The notes: generated by a model from the letters alone, not told the origin. DNA of 32,000 bases from Nitrosopumilus maritimus SCM1 (GCF_000018465.1 NC_010085.1:180001-212000); one strand, 5' to 3'. Shown: positions 1 through 8,597, counted from the first letter of the stretch. A program made the numbers and translations.

Positions 1-2
1 GG

Positions 3-302
3 ATGATGGGACTAGAAAAATCAACACTTGTTTTCCATGCCCCTGAAAATAACGATTTACCATGGGGATTTGTAGAAGGAAAGATTGCAAATCATGTTGA
101 GGGATATCCAGTTATTATTCAGATTTTCCAAAATAATGATGCTGTTCACTTTGCTCAAACTGATGTAGGAGAAGATGGTACCTACGAATACAAATTCAGA
201 GTTTTACACTCTGAAAACGGTGATACAAAGAAAATCTTTGATGGGGACTATTCTGTAACTATCTTCAAAGTAGTGTATATTTACCAAGAAAATTTTATCT
301 AG
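3..302 (+). CDS. C-terminal fragment of a hypothetical protein, truncated by the window start
   Basis: The ORF is open to the window edge. Its composition is beta-strand-like with no recognisable motif. Its stop TAG (300-302) overlaps the stop of the convergent radical SAM gene inside the palindrome CTAG. Confidence 0.4.
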   Translation: MMGLEKSTLVFHAPENNDLPWGFVEGKIANHVEGYPVIIQIFQNNDAVHFAQTDVGEDGTYEYKFRVLHSENGDTKKIFDGDYSVTIFKVVYIYQENFI

Positions 303-1180
303 AATCCTCTTAATCCTTGAGGACGCATAATTTCTGGATGTTGCTTCATCCATTCTATCTTATCTAACATTTCTTGTTTATCTTGAGGAAATGTACCTTT
401 GATTGTATATGCATTTGAGCCATGGTTTGCTCTAAAAACAATCTCATCTGTGGTATCAATTTGTTCAATCAAACTTTGTAATTCTTCTAATGATTCATCA
501 TCATTAATTCTCACAAATTCCCCTTGGTACTTGTCAAGAAATTCTTGCTTTATTCCATTTTCTAAATAAAGAGTTAATGCACCTACATAATTTGGTGAAC
601 AAGCACTAATTACTTCAGCAGTGCCTTTGATATGTTCTTTAGAATATTTTCTACCTCCCAAACCTAAAATCACCATACATGACATAACATAACCTGCATC
701 TTTTGCTTTGTTGACTGATTTAATGATAGTTTTTCCAATTGCTCCTTTTGTTACTTTTTTTAAAACAATATCTGAACCACTCTCAATTCCCAAATAAAAC
801 ATGTCAAGACCTGCTTCATTCATCTTCTTTAATTCCTCAGAAGTTTTCTTTAGAATATTCATGGGCATTGCATAACAAGAAATTCTTTCAATCTTTGAGA
901 ACTTCTCTCTAATGTATTTTACAATTTTTATCATGTATTCAGAGTCAAGATTTAATGCATCTCCATCTGCAAGAAAAACTCTTCTGGTATCTGGCAAATA
1001 TTTTGCCATCATATCAATTTCTGATTTTACTTCATCCCATGGTCTTTCAGAATATTCTTTTGATCTGTACATATCACAAAATGAACATTCGTTAAATGAA
1101 CAACCTAACGTGACTTGAAAAATTAATGACCTTGCTTCTGAAGGAGGTCTGTATAGTGGTGCATCATAATTTAACATCAT
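299..1180 (-). CDS. Radical SAM domain protein of the Elp3-like/general radical SAM fold; subfamily not determined
   Basis: An N-terminal Cys triad lies in 'TLGCSFNECSFCDMY'. Downstream 'FLADGDAL' and 'FYLGIESGS' resemble SAM-binding (GGE-like) TIM-barrel strands. The Cys spacing is CX4CX2C rather than the canonical CX3CX2C. Confidence 0.75.
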   Translation of the reverse strand: MMLNYDAPLYRPPSEARSLIFQVTLGCSFNECSFCDMYRSKEYSERPWDEVKSEIDMMAKYLPDTRRVFLADGDALNLDSEYMIKIVKYIREKFSKIERISCYAMPMNILKKTSEELKKMNEAGLDMFYLGIESGSDIVLKKVTKGAIGKTIIKSVNKAKDAGYVMSCMVILGLGGRKYSKEHIKGTAEVISACSPNYVGALTLYLENGIKQEFLDKYQGEFVRINDDESLEELQSLIEQIDTTDEIVFRANHGSNAYTIKGTFPQDKQEMLDKIEWMKQHPEIMRPQGLRGF

Positions 1181-1279
1181 TTTTATTTCAGCTATTTTTG
1201 GACAATTATGTTTTTTATACTTTGGTTAACTTAACACAAAATACCTTTTAGTGGTAGGCGAGAAGATTTTGCATTCATT

Positions 1280-1582
1280 ATGGCAAATGATCCTGATGCA
1301 AAACGATTACTCTGGTTCATTTTTGCTGGTTCTCGAGGAGGACTGACTAGATTAAAAATTATTTCAAAATTAAAAGAAAACCCACTAAACACTAACCAAT
1401 TGGCAAATGAGCTAGGTCTAGATTACAAAGCGATTCAGCATCATATCAAAGTTCTTGAGAAAAATAATTTGATTACAAAAACAGGTGAAAAATATGGAAT
1501 TATGTTTTTCATTTCTACCTTTCTTGAAGTAAATATGGAGACATTTGATAAAATTGAGGAAAAATTGGATAAAAGTAAATAA
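1280..1582 (+). CDS. Winged helix-turn-helix transcriptional regulator (ArsR-like)
   Basis: The segment 'NTNQLANELGLDYKAIQHHIKVLEKNNLITK' matches the HTH recognition helix plus wing pattern of ArsR/SmtB-type regulators. The protein is small at 100 aa. Confidence 0.65.
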   Translation: MANDPDAKRLLWFIFAGSRGGLTRLKIISKLKENPLNTNQLANELGLDYKAIQHHIKVLEKNNLITKTGEKYGIMFFISTFLEVNMETFDKIEEKLDKSK

Positions 1583-1607
1583 AAGCTCAAGAGGTGTTTT
1601 TCTCTAA

Positions 1608-1892
1608 ATGGAGCCTACATCTCTGATTTTGTCAATTGTCTCAATTATCAATATGGGGATATTGGGAATTTTGATTGCAATATTTGGAAATATGTATGGA
1701 AAAACAAGAGCTCAACTCCCACTTGGAATGATTGTTGTTGCAGCTATGTTGTTTTTGCATAATGTTGTTGGTGCAATGGCTTATTTCTCAATGGAACATC
1801 TATTTTCTAATGAAATATTCCCATACATGTTAGGAGTTGGTGTTGCTGAGTTGGTAGGATTGATAATATTCTTAAAAATCACTTTGGACTAA
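1608..1892 (+). CDS. Small integral membrane protein, about 3 predicted TM helices
   Basis: Three long hydrophobic segments are present. It lies 25 nt downstream of the wHTH gene on the same strand. Confidence 0.5.
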   Translation: MEPTSLILSIVSIINMGILGILIAIFGNMYGKTRAQLPLGMIVVAAMLFLHNVVGAMAYFSMEHLFSNEIFPYMLGVGVAELVGLIIFLKITLD

Positions 1893-1927
1893 TCTTAGTT
1901 TAATTGTAACAAAATCTGTCAAAACAC

Positions 1928-2371
1928 ATGCTGCAAGAATATCTAAAACTTAACAAGAATATTCTAATTGCTTTTGCTGCATCAATAACAATTTCTGCAG
2001 TTATCGCACAAATTTTATCTGATCAAGCTGACTATCTGAATACAACTTATACAACTATTGCTGATTATGCCATTTACTTTTCTGTTTTTAGTGGACTATT
2101 CTATCTTGATAACCGAAAGAAATACCGTTTAGAAAATGGAGAAACTGATACTATAAAATTAAAACATGATTTAAAAAAATTAATTGCTTCCTTGGGAATT
2201 GCAGAGATCATCTATACAATTGCAAGATGGGCATTACAATATTATCTACTTACAATTAATTATGATCCCTACTTGGCATCAATTATATCTCAAGGAATAT
2301 CTACTATCATTTACATGATAGTTGTAAATCTAAGTGTAAAGATAACGAGGTTGTACAAAGATGGGAATTAG
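1928..2371 (+). CDS. Integral membrane protein, about 4 predicted TM helices
   Basis: Hydrophobic helices are separated by short charged loops. It shares the strand of the cluster and overlaps the next gene by 11 nt. Confidence 0.5.
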   Translation: MLQEYLKLNKNILIAFAASITISAVIAQILSDQADYLNTTYTTIADYAIYFSVFSGLFYLDNRKKYRLENGETDTIKLKHDLKKLIASLGIAEIIYTIARWALQYYLLTINYDPYLASIISQGISTIIYMIVVNLSVKITRLYKDGN

Positions 2372-2717
2372 TATTTTTGTTGATGGTTCAGGAGGTTCAA
2401 ACGGTGGATATGGTTATTTTGTAAAAGAAACAGGGGAATCATTTTATGAAAAAAAACCTGAAATTACCAATAACCAGGCTGAATATCTGGCAATAATTTC
2501 TGCATTAAACAAATTTGTTGATTCTGATGATGAAATTACAATTTACAGTGATTCAAAAAATACTGTAAATCAACTAAATCATGAATTTGCAATAAATAAT
2601 GAACAATTACGTGATCTGGCAAGAGAAGCTTGGAGTATAATTGGAAAATTTTCAAAGTTATCCCTTGTTTGGGTACCTCGAAAAGAAAATCTGGCAGGAA
2701 AAATGCTGGGAAGCTAA
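2361..2717 (+). CDS. Minimal RNase H-like (type 1 / RVT_3-like) protein
   Basis: The motifs 'FVDGSG', 'NNQAEYLAIISAL' and 'IYSDSKN' match the D-E-D core of RNase HI. The C-terminal 'VPRKENLAGKML' resembles the NE.AD.LA helix but shows no acidic residue by eye. Confidence 0.6.
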   Translation: MGISIFVDGSGGSNGGYGYFVKETGESFYEKKPEITNNQAEYLAIISALNKFVDSDDEITIYSDSKNTVNQLNHEFAINNEQLRDLAREAWSIIGKFSKLSLVWVPRKENLAGKMLGS

Positions 2718-2782
2718 ATTTTAGAGATCAGTAATTTCCATGAATAACTTTATTATACAAAATCCTTAGATCCAACTTATCC

Positions 2783-4879
2783 ATGACTGATTCTCCTATT
2801 TTATCACCAAAATCAATTGCAGTAATTGGTGCATCTGATAAGAGAGGAAGTGTTGGTGCTACTATTACATCAAATATTATGAATGGTTTCAAGGGAACAG
2901 TATACCCTATTAGTCCTACAAGAGACACTGTATTTTACAAAAAAGCATACAAGAGTGTTTTAGATGTTCCAAAATCAATTGATCTTGCAGTTATTGTTAT
3001 CAAAAATACACTTGTTACTCCTGTTTTAGAAGAATGTGGAAAGAAGAAAATCAAAGGCGTAATTATCATAACAGCTGGTTTCAAAGAAGTAGATGAAGAA
3101 GGAGCGAAAAGAGAACAACAAGTCATAGACATTGCAAAAAAATACAACATGCAAGTTGTTGGACCTAATTGCCTTGGTGTCATGAATCTTGATTCAAAAA
3201 CAATGATGAATTCTACTTTTCTTAAAGTTACACCAAAGTCTGGAAAAATTGCACTTGTTTCACAAAGCGGAGCAATTTGTGCTGCACTAGTTGAAGATGC
3301 TAGTGCACAAGGAATTGGATTCTCAGCTGTTGTTAGTCTTGGAAACAAAGCTGTAATGAGTGAAGTCGACGTTCTAAAAATTCTTGCAAATCACAAACAA
3401 ACAGAGGTTATTGTAATGTATCTTGAAGATATGGGTGATGGCCAAGAATTCCTCAAAGTTTGTAAAAATATTACTAAAAAACTCAAAAAACCTGTTCTAG
3501 TTCTTAAATCTGGACGCAGTCCTGAAGGTGCAAAAGCCGCAATGTCTCATACTGGAGCCTTAATGGGTTCAGATGAAATCTATGATGCATTACTGAAACA
3601 ATCTGGTGCAATCCGAGTTGATACTATGGAAGAACTATTTGATTATGCAACAGCATTCTCAAAACAACCTTTACCATCTAATGGTGATTTAGTAATTGTA
3701 TCAAATGCTGGTGGACCTGCAATCATTTCTACAGATGCATGTTCAAAGGCAAAAATCAAAATGGCAGATATTACAAGTATAAGAAAGAAAATTGATGAAG
3801 TAATTCCTCCTTGGGGGAGTTCTAGAAATCCTGTTGATATTGTTGGTGATGCTGATTTTAATAGATTCCATAATGTTTTGGACCGTGTCTTAAAACATCC
3901 AAAAGTTGGTTCTGTTATCTCAATGTGTACACCTTCTGGTACGCTGAATTATGATAAACTTGCAGAGGTTATTGTTGAGATGTCAAAAAAATACAAAAAA
4001 ACCATGCTTGCAAGTTTAATGGGATTAGATGAAGGAGTTACTAATAGAGAAATCTTAGCTGACGGAAATGTTCCATATTATACTTATGCAGAAGGTGCTA
4101 TCCGAACTCTTGCTGCTATGATTAGATTCTCTGATTGGGTTAAATCTTCTCCTGGTAAAATTACCAAATTCAAAGTAAACAAAGCAAAGGCCAAAAAAAT
4201 ATTTGATCAAGTTAAAAAAGAAAAAAGACCAAATCTCTTAGAAGAAGAAGGACAAGAAGTTCTCAAAGCATATGGTTTGCCACTTCCTAAAAGTACACTT
4301 GCTAAGAATGAAGCAGAAGCTGTAAAGGCTGCAAAAAAGATTGGTTATCCAGTTGTAATGAAAATTGCATCTCCTCAAATTATTCACAAATCTGATGCAG
4401 GTGGTGTTAAAGTCAATTTAACAAATGATGCTGAAGTAAAAGATGCTTTCAAAACTATTGTAAAGAATGCTAAAAAGTACAACAAGAAAGCCGAGATAAA
4501 GGGTGTTTTGATTGTCGAGATGGTCAAAGGTGGAAAAGAATTGATCATAGGCTCCAAATTAGAACCTGGATTTGGTCCAGTAATTATGCTTGGTATGGGT
4601 GGAATATACGTAGAGGTTCTCAAGGATGTAACATTCAAACTTGCTCCAGTAACTGATAAGGAAGCTGATGATATGATTGCATCAATTAAAACTCAAAAAC
4701 TACTACAAGGAGTTCGAGGTGAGAAACCATCTGATATTGTAAAACTCTCTGAGTGTATTCAGAGATTATCTCAACTAGTTTCTGACTTTAAAGAGATCAA
4801 AGAATTGGACATGAATCCTGTACTTGTCATGGAAAAAGGTAAGGGTTGCAGAATTTTAGATGTCCGAATAGGTCTTTGA
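2783..4879 (+). CDS. ADP-forming (NDP-forming) acyl-CoA synthetase, fused alpha+beta type; candidate 4-hydroxybutyrate-CoA ligase
   Basis: The N-terminal CoA-binding fold is 'IAVIGASDKRGSVG', and 'MSHTGALMGSD' carries the phospho-His loop. The C-terminal ATP-grasp region is 'GYPVVMKIASPQIIHKSDAGGVKVNL'. The gene sits directly upstream of 4-hydroxybutyryl-CoA dehydratase. The substrate assignment rests on recalled literature for the N. maritimus homolog pair. Confidence 0.85.
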   Translation: MTDSPILSPKSIAVIGASDKRGSVGATITSNIMNGFKGTVYPISPTRDTVFYKKAYKSVLDVPKSIDLAVIVIKNTLVTPVLEECGKKKIKGVIIITAGFKEVDEEGAKREQQVIDIAKKYNMQVVGPNCLGVMNLDSKTMMNSTFLKVTPKSGKIALVSQSGAICAALVEDASAQGIGFSAVVSLGNKAVMSEVDVLKILANHKQTEVIVMYLEDMGDGQEFLKVCKNITKKLKKPVLVLKSGRSPEGAKAAMSHTGALMGSDEIYDALLKQSGAIRVDTMEELFDYATAFSKQPLPSNGDLVIVSNAGGPAIISTDACSKAKIKMADITSIRKKIDEVIPPWGSSRNPVDIVGDADFNRFHNVLDRVLKHPKVGSVISMCTPSGTLNYDKLAEVIVEMSKKYKKTMLASLMGLDEGVTNREILADGNVPYYTYAEGAIRTLAAMIRFSDWVKSSPGKITKFKVNKAKAKKIFDQVKKEKRPNLLEEEGQEVLKAYGLPLPKSTLAKNEAEAVKAAKKIGYPVVMKIASPQIIHKSDAGGVKVNLTNDAEVKDAFKTIVKNAKKYNKKAEIKGVLIVEMVKGGKELIIGSKLEPGFGPVIMLGMGGIYVEVLKDVTFKLAPVTDKEADDMIASIKTQKLLQGVRGEKPSDIVKLSECIQRLSQLVSDFKEIKELDMNPVLVMEKGKGCRILDVRIGL

Positions 4880-4952
4880 TCGCAGTTTATTCGTAAATTT
4901 CTACGCGTACAAATTTAGAATATTTATACAACATGAAGATGATTATTGTTAC

Positions 4953-6479
4953 ATGGCTAATGTCCTAAAGACAATTAGAAGTGGTGATGACTATATTGAA
5001 AGTCTTAGAGGACGTGATCTCAAAGTTTACCTTTTTGGAGAATTAGTCAAAGAGCCTGTAGACCACCCAATGATTAGACCTTCCATTAATGCCGTTGCCG
5101 AAACTTATGATCTTGCATTACGTGAAGAAGCATTAGCTTCTGCTGATTCGTCAATTACTGGACTAAAGGTAAATCGATTTTTACATATTGCAGAAAGTGC
5201 TGAAGACCTTGTTTTACAAAACAAGATGCAAAGAAAATTAGGTCAAAATACTGGAACATGTTTCCAAAGATGTGTTGGAATGGATGCAATGAATTCTTTG
5301 CATTCTACAACTTTTGAAATTGACGAGAAACATGGAACTGATTATCATAAAAGATTCTTAGAATTTGTTAAAATGGTACAACAAGAAAATCTTGTAATTG
5401 GAGGTGCTATGACTGATCCAAAAGGAGATAGAAGCAAAGGACCTTCAGAACAAGATGACCCTGACTTGTTTACAAGAATTGTTGATACTGATGAAAAAGG
5501 AGTCTACGTTTCTGGTGCTAAAGCACATCAAACTGGTTGTATAAACTCTCACTGGATAATTTTGATGCCAACCATTAGATTAACAGAATCTGACAAGGAT
5601 TGGGCCATTGTTGGTGCAATTCCTGCAGATGCAAAAGGTGTCACTTACATTTACGGTAGACAATCGTGTGACACTCGAAGCATGGAAGAAGGTGATATTG
5701 ATGATGGTAATGCAAAATTTGGTGGACAAGAAGCATTAATCATCTTAGATAGAGTATTCATCCCATGGGATAAGGTCTTCATGCATGGTGAATATGAGTT
5801 TGCATCAATGCTTGTAGAACGTTTTACATGTTATCATAGACGCAGCTATGTTTGCAAAACAGGACTTGGAGATGTTTTAATTGGAGCTGCTGCAACAATT
5901 GCAGACTATAACGGAGTTCCTAAAGTTTCACATATCAAAGACAAAATCATTGAGATGACTCATCTTAATGAAACAATATTTGCAGCAGGTATTGCATCTT
6001 CACATCAAGGACAAAAGATGAAATCTGGTGTATATCTTAATGATGATATGCTTGCACAAGTTTGCAAACATAATGTTACTAGATTCCCATATGAGATTAG
6101 CAGATTAGCTCAAGATATTGCAGGAGGATTAGTAGTTACTCTACCATCTGAAAAAGACTTTAGACATCCTGAAGCAGGACCATTACTCAAAAAATACCTT
6201 GCAGGCCGAAAAGGTGTTGATGTGGAAAACAGAATGAGAATTCTTAGATTAATTGAAAACATGACCTTGGGCAGAAATGCAGTTGGATATCTTACTGAAT
6301 CCATGCATGGCGCAGGTTCTCCACAGGCCCAAAGAATACAAATTCAGAGACAAATGCAAGTTGGATACAAAAAGAACCTTGCAAAGAATCTAGCAGGAAT
6401 CACAAATGATGTTGAAGAGCCTAAAGAGTCATCTGAATACTTTAAGCGAGTTTTCAAGACAAAAGATTCTGTACTCTGA
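4953..6479 (+). CDS. abfD: 4-hydroxybutyryl-CoA dehydratase / vinylacetyl-CoA isomerase
   Basis: The protein is 508 aa. It has 'TGTCFQRCVGMD' (CxxxC) and 'CYHRRSYVCK' (His/Cys pair), consistent with the [4Fe-4S] ligands of the AbfD family. The N-terminus has the family-typical 'YIESLRGRDLKVYLFGE'. Confidence 0.9.
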   Translation: MANVLKTIRSGDDYIESLRGRDLKVYLFGELVKEPVDHPMIRPSINAVAETYDLALREEALASADSSITGLKVNRFLHIAESAEDLVLQNKMQRKLGQNTGTCFQRCVGMDAMNSLHSTTFEIDEKHGTDYHKRFLEFVKMVQQENLVIGGAMTDPKGDRSKGPSEQDDPDLFTRIVDTDEKGVYVSGAKAHQTGCINSHWIILMPTIRLTESDKDWAIVGAIPADAKGVTYIYGRQSCDTRSMEEGDIDDGNAKFGGQEALIILDRVFIPWDKVFMHGEYEFASMLVERFTCYHRRSYVCKTGLGDVLIGAAATIADYNGVPKVSHIKDKIIEMTHLNETIFAAGIASSHQGQKMKSGVYLNDDMLAQVCKHNVTRFPYEISRLAQDIAGGLVVTLPSEKDFRHPEAGPLLKKYLAGRKGVDVENRMRILRLIENMTLGRNAVGYLTESMHGAGSPQAQRIQIQRQMQVGYKKNLAKNLAGITNDVEEPKESSEYFKRVFKTKDSVL

Positions 6480-6633
6480 TTTTTTACCAATTCATAAACA
6501 ATTCTACTCTTTTGAAACTTAACAATACTTAGGATCCTTTTTTAGTAATTTTCACGTAATTATACTACCAAGCAAACAGGACGATCTTGTGTTGTTTAGG
6601 CATAATGTGAACCTGTTTGCCTGAAATAAACAA

Positions 6634-7344
6634 CTACTCTTTCTTTTCTTCTTTAGATTCTTCACTATGTTCTGTAGGATCGTCTGATTTTGTCTCAGTC
6701 GATTCGTCATTTTTTTCAACATTGTTTAATTCAGTAGATTCTGAATACTCTGTGTCCTCCTCAATCTTGTCAATGTCTGACAATTCTTCAATTGTGTCAG
6801 GATTTTCTGAATCCATTGGATCTTCAAATGGTAATTCTTTTTCCTCTTTTCTTTTTGCAAATTGTTTGAATATCATTATTCCAATTACAATTGCAATTAT
6901 GACATAGTTGATTGGTGGTTTTAGTAATTGTGTAACATATCCTACTTGTGGAAGTGTATATGCTACTTTTCCAATGTATTCTTCTTCAGTAATTGGAAAG
7001 TCTGTACCTGGAATTGAAGCTGGATTTGCATCTCCTTTTGTTCTAATTGTTCGAGGATCTTCATCTAAGATTGACGCAACTCTATGCACAATTACTCTAT
7101 TATGATCAGAAGGACGATCAAACACGATAATGTCTCCCACTTCTAACTCATTAAACGGCTCATGTCCTGAAACCATCAAGACATCATAAACTTCTAAAGC
7201 TGGAATCATACTTCCACTTGCAACCACATAAAATGGATTAGGCGTTCCAAATGCAATTTGAAGACCAATCCAAATTACCAAAACACCAACGGCAACAATA
7301 ATAATATCTTTGATAACTCCTTTTGAAATAGACTTTTTTCCCAA
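6634..7344 (-). CDS. Signal peptidase I (archaeal/Sec11-type, S26B) with an acidic C-terminal tail
   Basis: An N-terminal TM anchor is followed by 'SGSMIPAL' (catalytic Ser), 'VHRV' (His) and 'KGDANP'. A second TM is followed by a roughly 70-aa Asp/Glu/Ser/Thr-rich tail. Confidence 0.75.
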   Translation of the reverse strand: MGKKSISKGVIKDIIIVAVGVLVIWIGLQIAFGTPNPFYVVASGSMIPALEVYDVLMVSGHEPFNELEVGDIIVFDRPSDHNRVIVHRVASILDEDPRTIRTKGDANPASIPGTDFPITEEEYIGKVAYTLPQVGYVTQLLKPPINYVIIAIVIGIMIFKQFAKRKEEKELPFEDPMDSENPDTIEELSDIDKIEEDTEYSESTELNNVEKNDESTETKSDDPTEHSEESKEEKKE

Positions 7345-7384
7345 TTACATAATCGCCTTTAGTACCCTTGATTAAATTTACTGG

Positions 7385-8155
7385 CTATTGAAGTGGTGTT
7401 CCACATTCTTCACAGAATTTTGAACCCTCTTTATTTACAAATCCACAACTTGAACATTTTCCTAGAGGTGCACTCTCTTCTGGATTTCCCAATAAGATGA
7501 CTTCGCCCACTTTTTTGATACTTTTCCATGGGATACTGCCTTCACTTCCGTCATTTTGAGTAATTACTAGAACCATTGATTGTGTTGAATCAATTCCAAC
7601 TTGTTTTGCAATTCCAATTTTGTTGGCATTTTCATCATATACTGCTCTGCCTTCGATTGAACTTACTGATGTTGCAGGACTTGGCTGAGTTGCTGTTTCT
7701 TGTGTAGATTGTACTTGAGGTTCTTCAACAGGTTGTGGAACACTTTCTACTGTTGGTTCTTGTGGCGTTTCAACTTGTGGAGCAACTTCTGTCTGTGGTT
7801 CTAATGGTTTTGCATTTCCAACATCTCCTGCTTCGTCTTGTTTTTTGAATTCTCTGTATTCTGCAATTGATGCTTCACATGTATTGCAAATGTATTGTCC
7901 TCTTTCTGCAAGAATTAAATTTTCTGCAACTTCTTCATTTGGATTTTCAAATTCAATTTTTGGAGCTCCTTCAAACTCTTTTTCACAAGTGTTGCAAAAA
8001 TGTTTAGAAATTTTATCAGCATCTAATCTACCAATTGGTGCCAAAAACAGATCTGGACCACCAAGATTACCTTTCATTTGTTGTTCATCTGTTACACGGG
8101 CCATTACATAGCCGCCAGAACCTCTTAATTTTTTAATTCTAAGTTCTGAACTCAT
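7385..8155 (-). CDS. Hypothetical protein with an N-terminal CxxC...CxxC zinc ribbon, a P/Q/E/T-rich linker, a PRC-barrel-like domain and a C-terminal double-CxxC zinc ribbon
   Basis: The N-terminal ribbon is 'CNTCEKEF...CNTCEASI'. 'GRAVYDENANKIGIAKQVGID...IPWKSIKKVGEVILLG' fits the PRC-barrel pattern. The protein ends in 'CSSCGFVNKEGSKFCEECGTPLQ'. Confidence 0.5.
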   Translation of the reverse strand: MSSELRIKKLRGSGGYVMARVTDEQQMKGNLGGPDLFLAPIGRLDADKISKHFCNTCEKEFEGAPKIEFENPNEEVAENLILAERGQYICNTCEASIAEYREFKKQDEAGDVGNAKPLEPQTEVAPQVETPQEPTVESVPQPVEEPQVQSTQETATQPSPATSVSSIEGRAVYDENANKIGIAKQVGIDSTQSMVLVITQNDGSEGSIPWKSIKKVGEVILLGNPEESAPLGKCSSCGFVNKEGSKFCEECGTPLQ

Positions 8156-8270
8156 AACTGGGATTTATCAAAACGTCATTTAAGTATATATCAGAATCTA
8201 TTTTCCACCAAAAAATATGGTGTAAATTCTGGTGAACGTTTTTAGGTACGAATAACAAATTACCAGTACA

Positions 8271-8597
8271 ATGGGAATTACACAAATTTCAGATGCAAAG
8301 TCTTGGGAAGTTGATGTGATAAACTCTGACCTCCCTGTATTTGTTGACTTTTGGGCCGAATGGTGTGGTCCATGTAGAATGGTAGGTCCAGTAGTTGAAG
8401 AACTGGCAAGTGACTATGATGGCAAAGTAAAATTTGTCAAGGTTAATGTTGATGAGGCTAATGAATTGGCATCAAAATACAATGTCTTTAGTATTCCAAC
8501 CTTAATTCTCCTAAACAAAGGTGAGATAGTTAGCCAGCAAGTAGGTGCTGCTTCTAAAGAATCATACAAAAATATGATTGACAGAGCCCTGGCATAA
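8271..8597 (+). CDS. trxA: Thioredoxin
   Basis: The protein is 108 aa with the active site 'WAEWCGPCR' and 'SIPTL' (cis-Pro loop). Length and layout are typical of thioredoxin. Confidence 0.9.
   Translation: MGITQISDAKSWEVDVINSDLPVFVDFWAEWCGPCRMVGPVVEELASDYDGKVKFVKVNVDEANELASKYNVFSIPTLILLNKGEIVSQQVGAASKESYKNMIDRALA

Noticed and set aside
1227-1236. The direct repeat TTAACTTAAC / GTTAAC palindrome in the divergent promoter region, as an operator for the wHTH regulator
   Set aside because: It is too short and AT-rich to distinguish from chance in this genome. It is mentioned only as context in the radical SAM finding.
2935-3348. Long antisense 'shadow' ORFs inside well-supported genes. Examples are 912-1118, 2728-2928, 2935-3348, 4384-4638, 6110-6304, 6617-6907, 6908-7105, 7845-8111, 8414-8605, 9354-9602, 10747-10950, 11140-11494, 12831-13037, 13140-13571, 13674-13859, 15134-15325, 15638-15820, 19468-19995, 20213-20479, 20662-20982, 22386-22658, 26049-26282, 26755-26964, 27234-27428, 28760-28969, 29584-29957, 30058-30246, 31004-31192 and 31702-31919
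   Set aside because: Each lies opposite to, or out of frame with, a gene carrying clear family motifs. Their translations are low-complexity or Ser/Leu/Phe/Ile-rich, as expected for antisense frames of AT-rich coding DNA.
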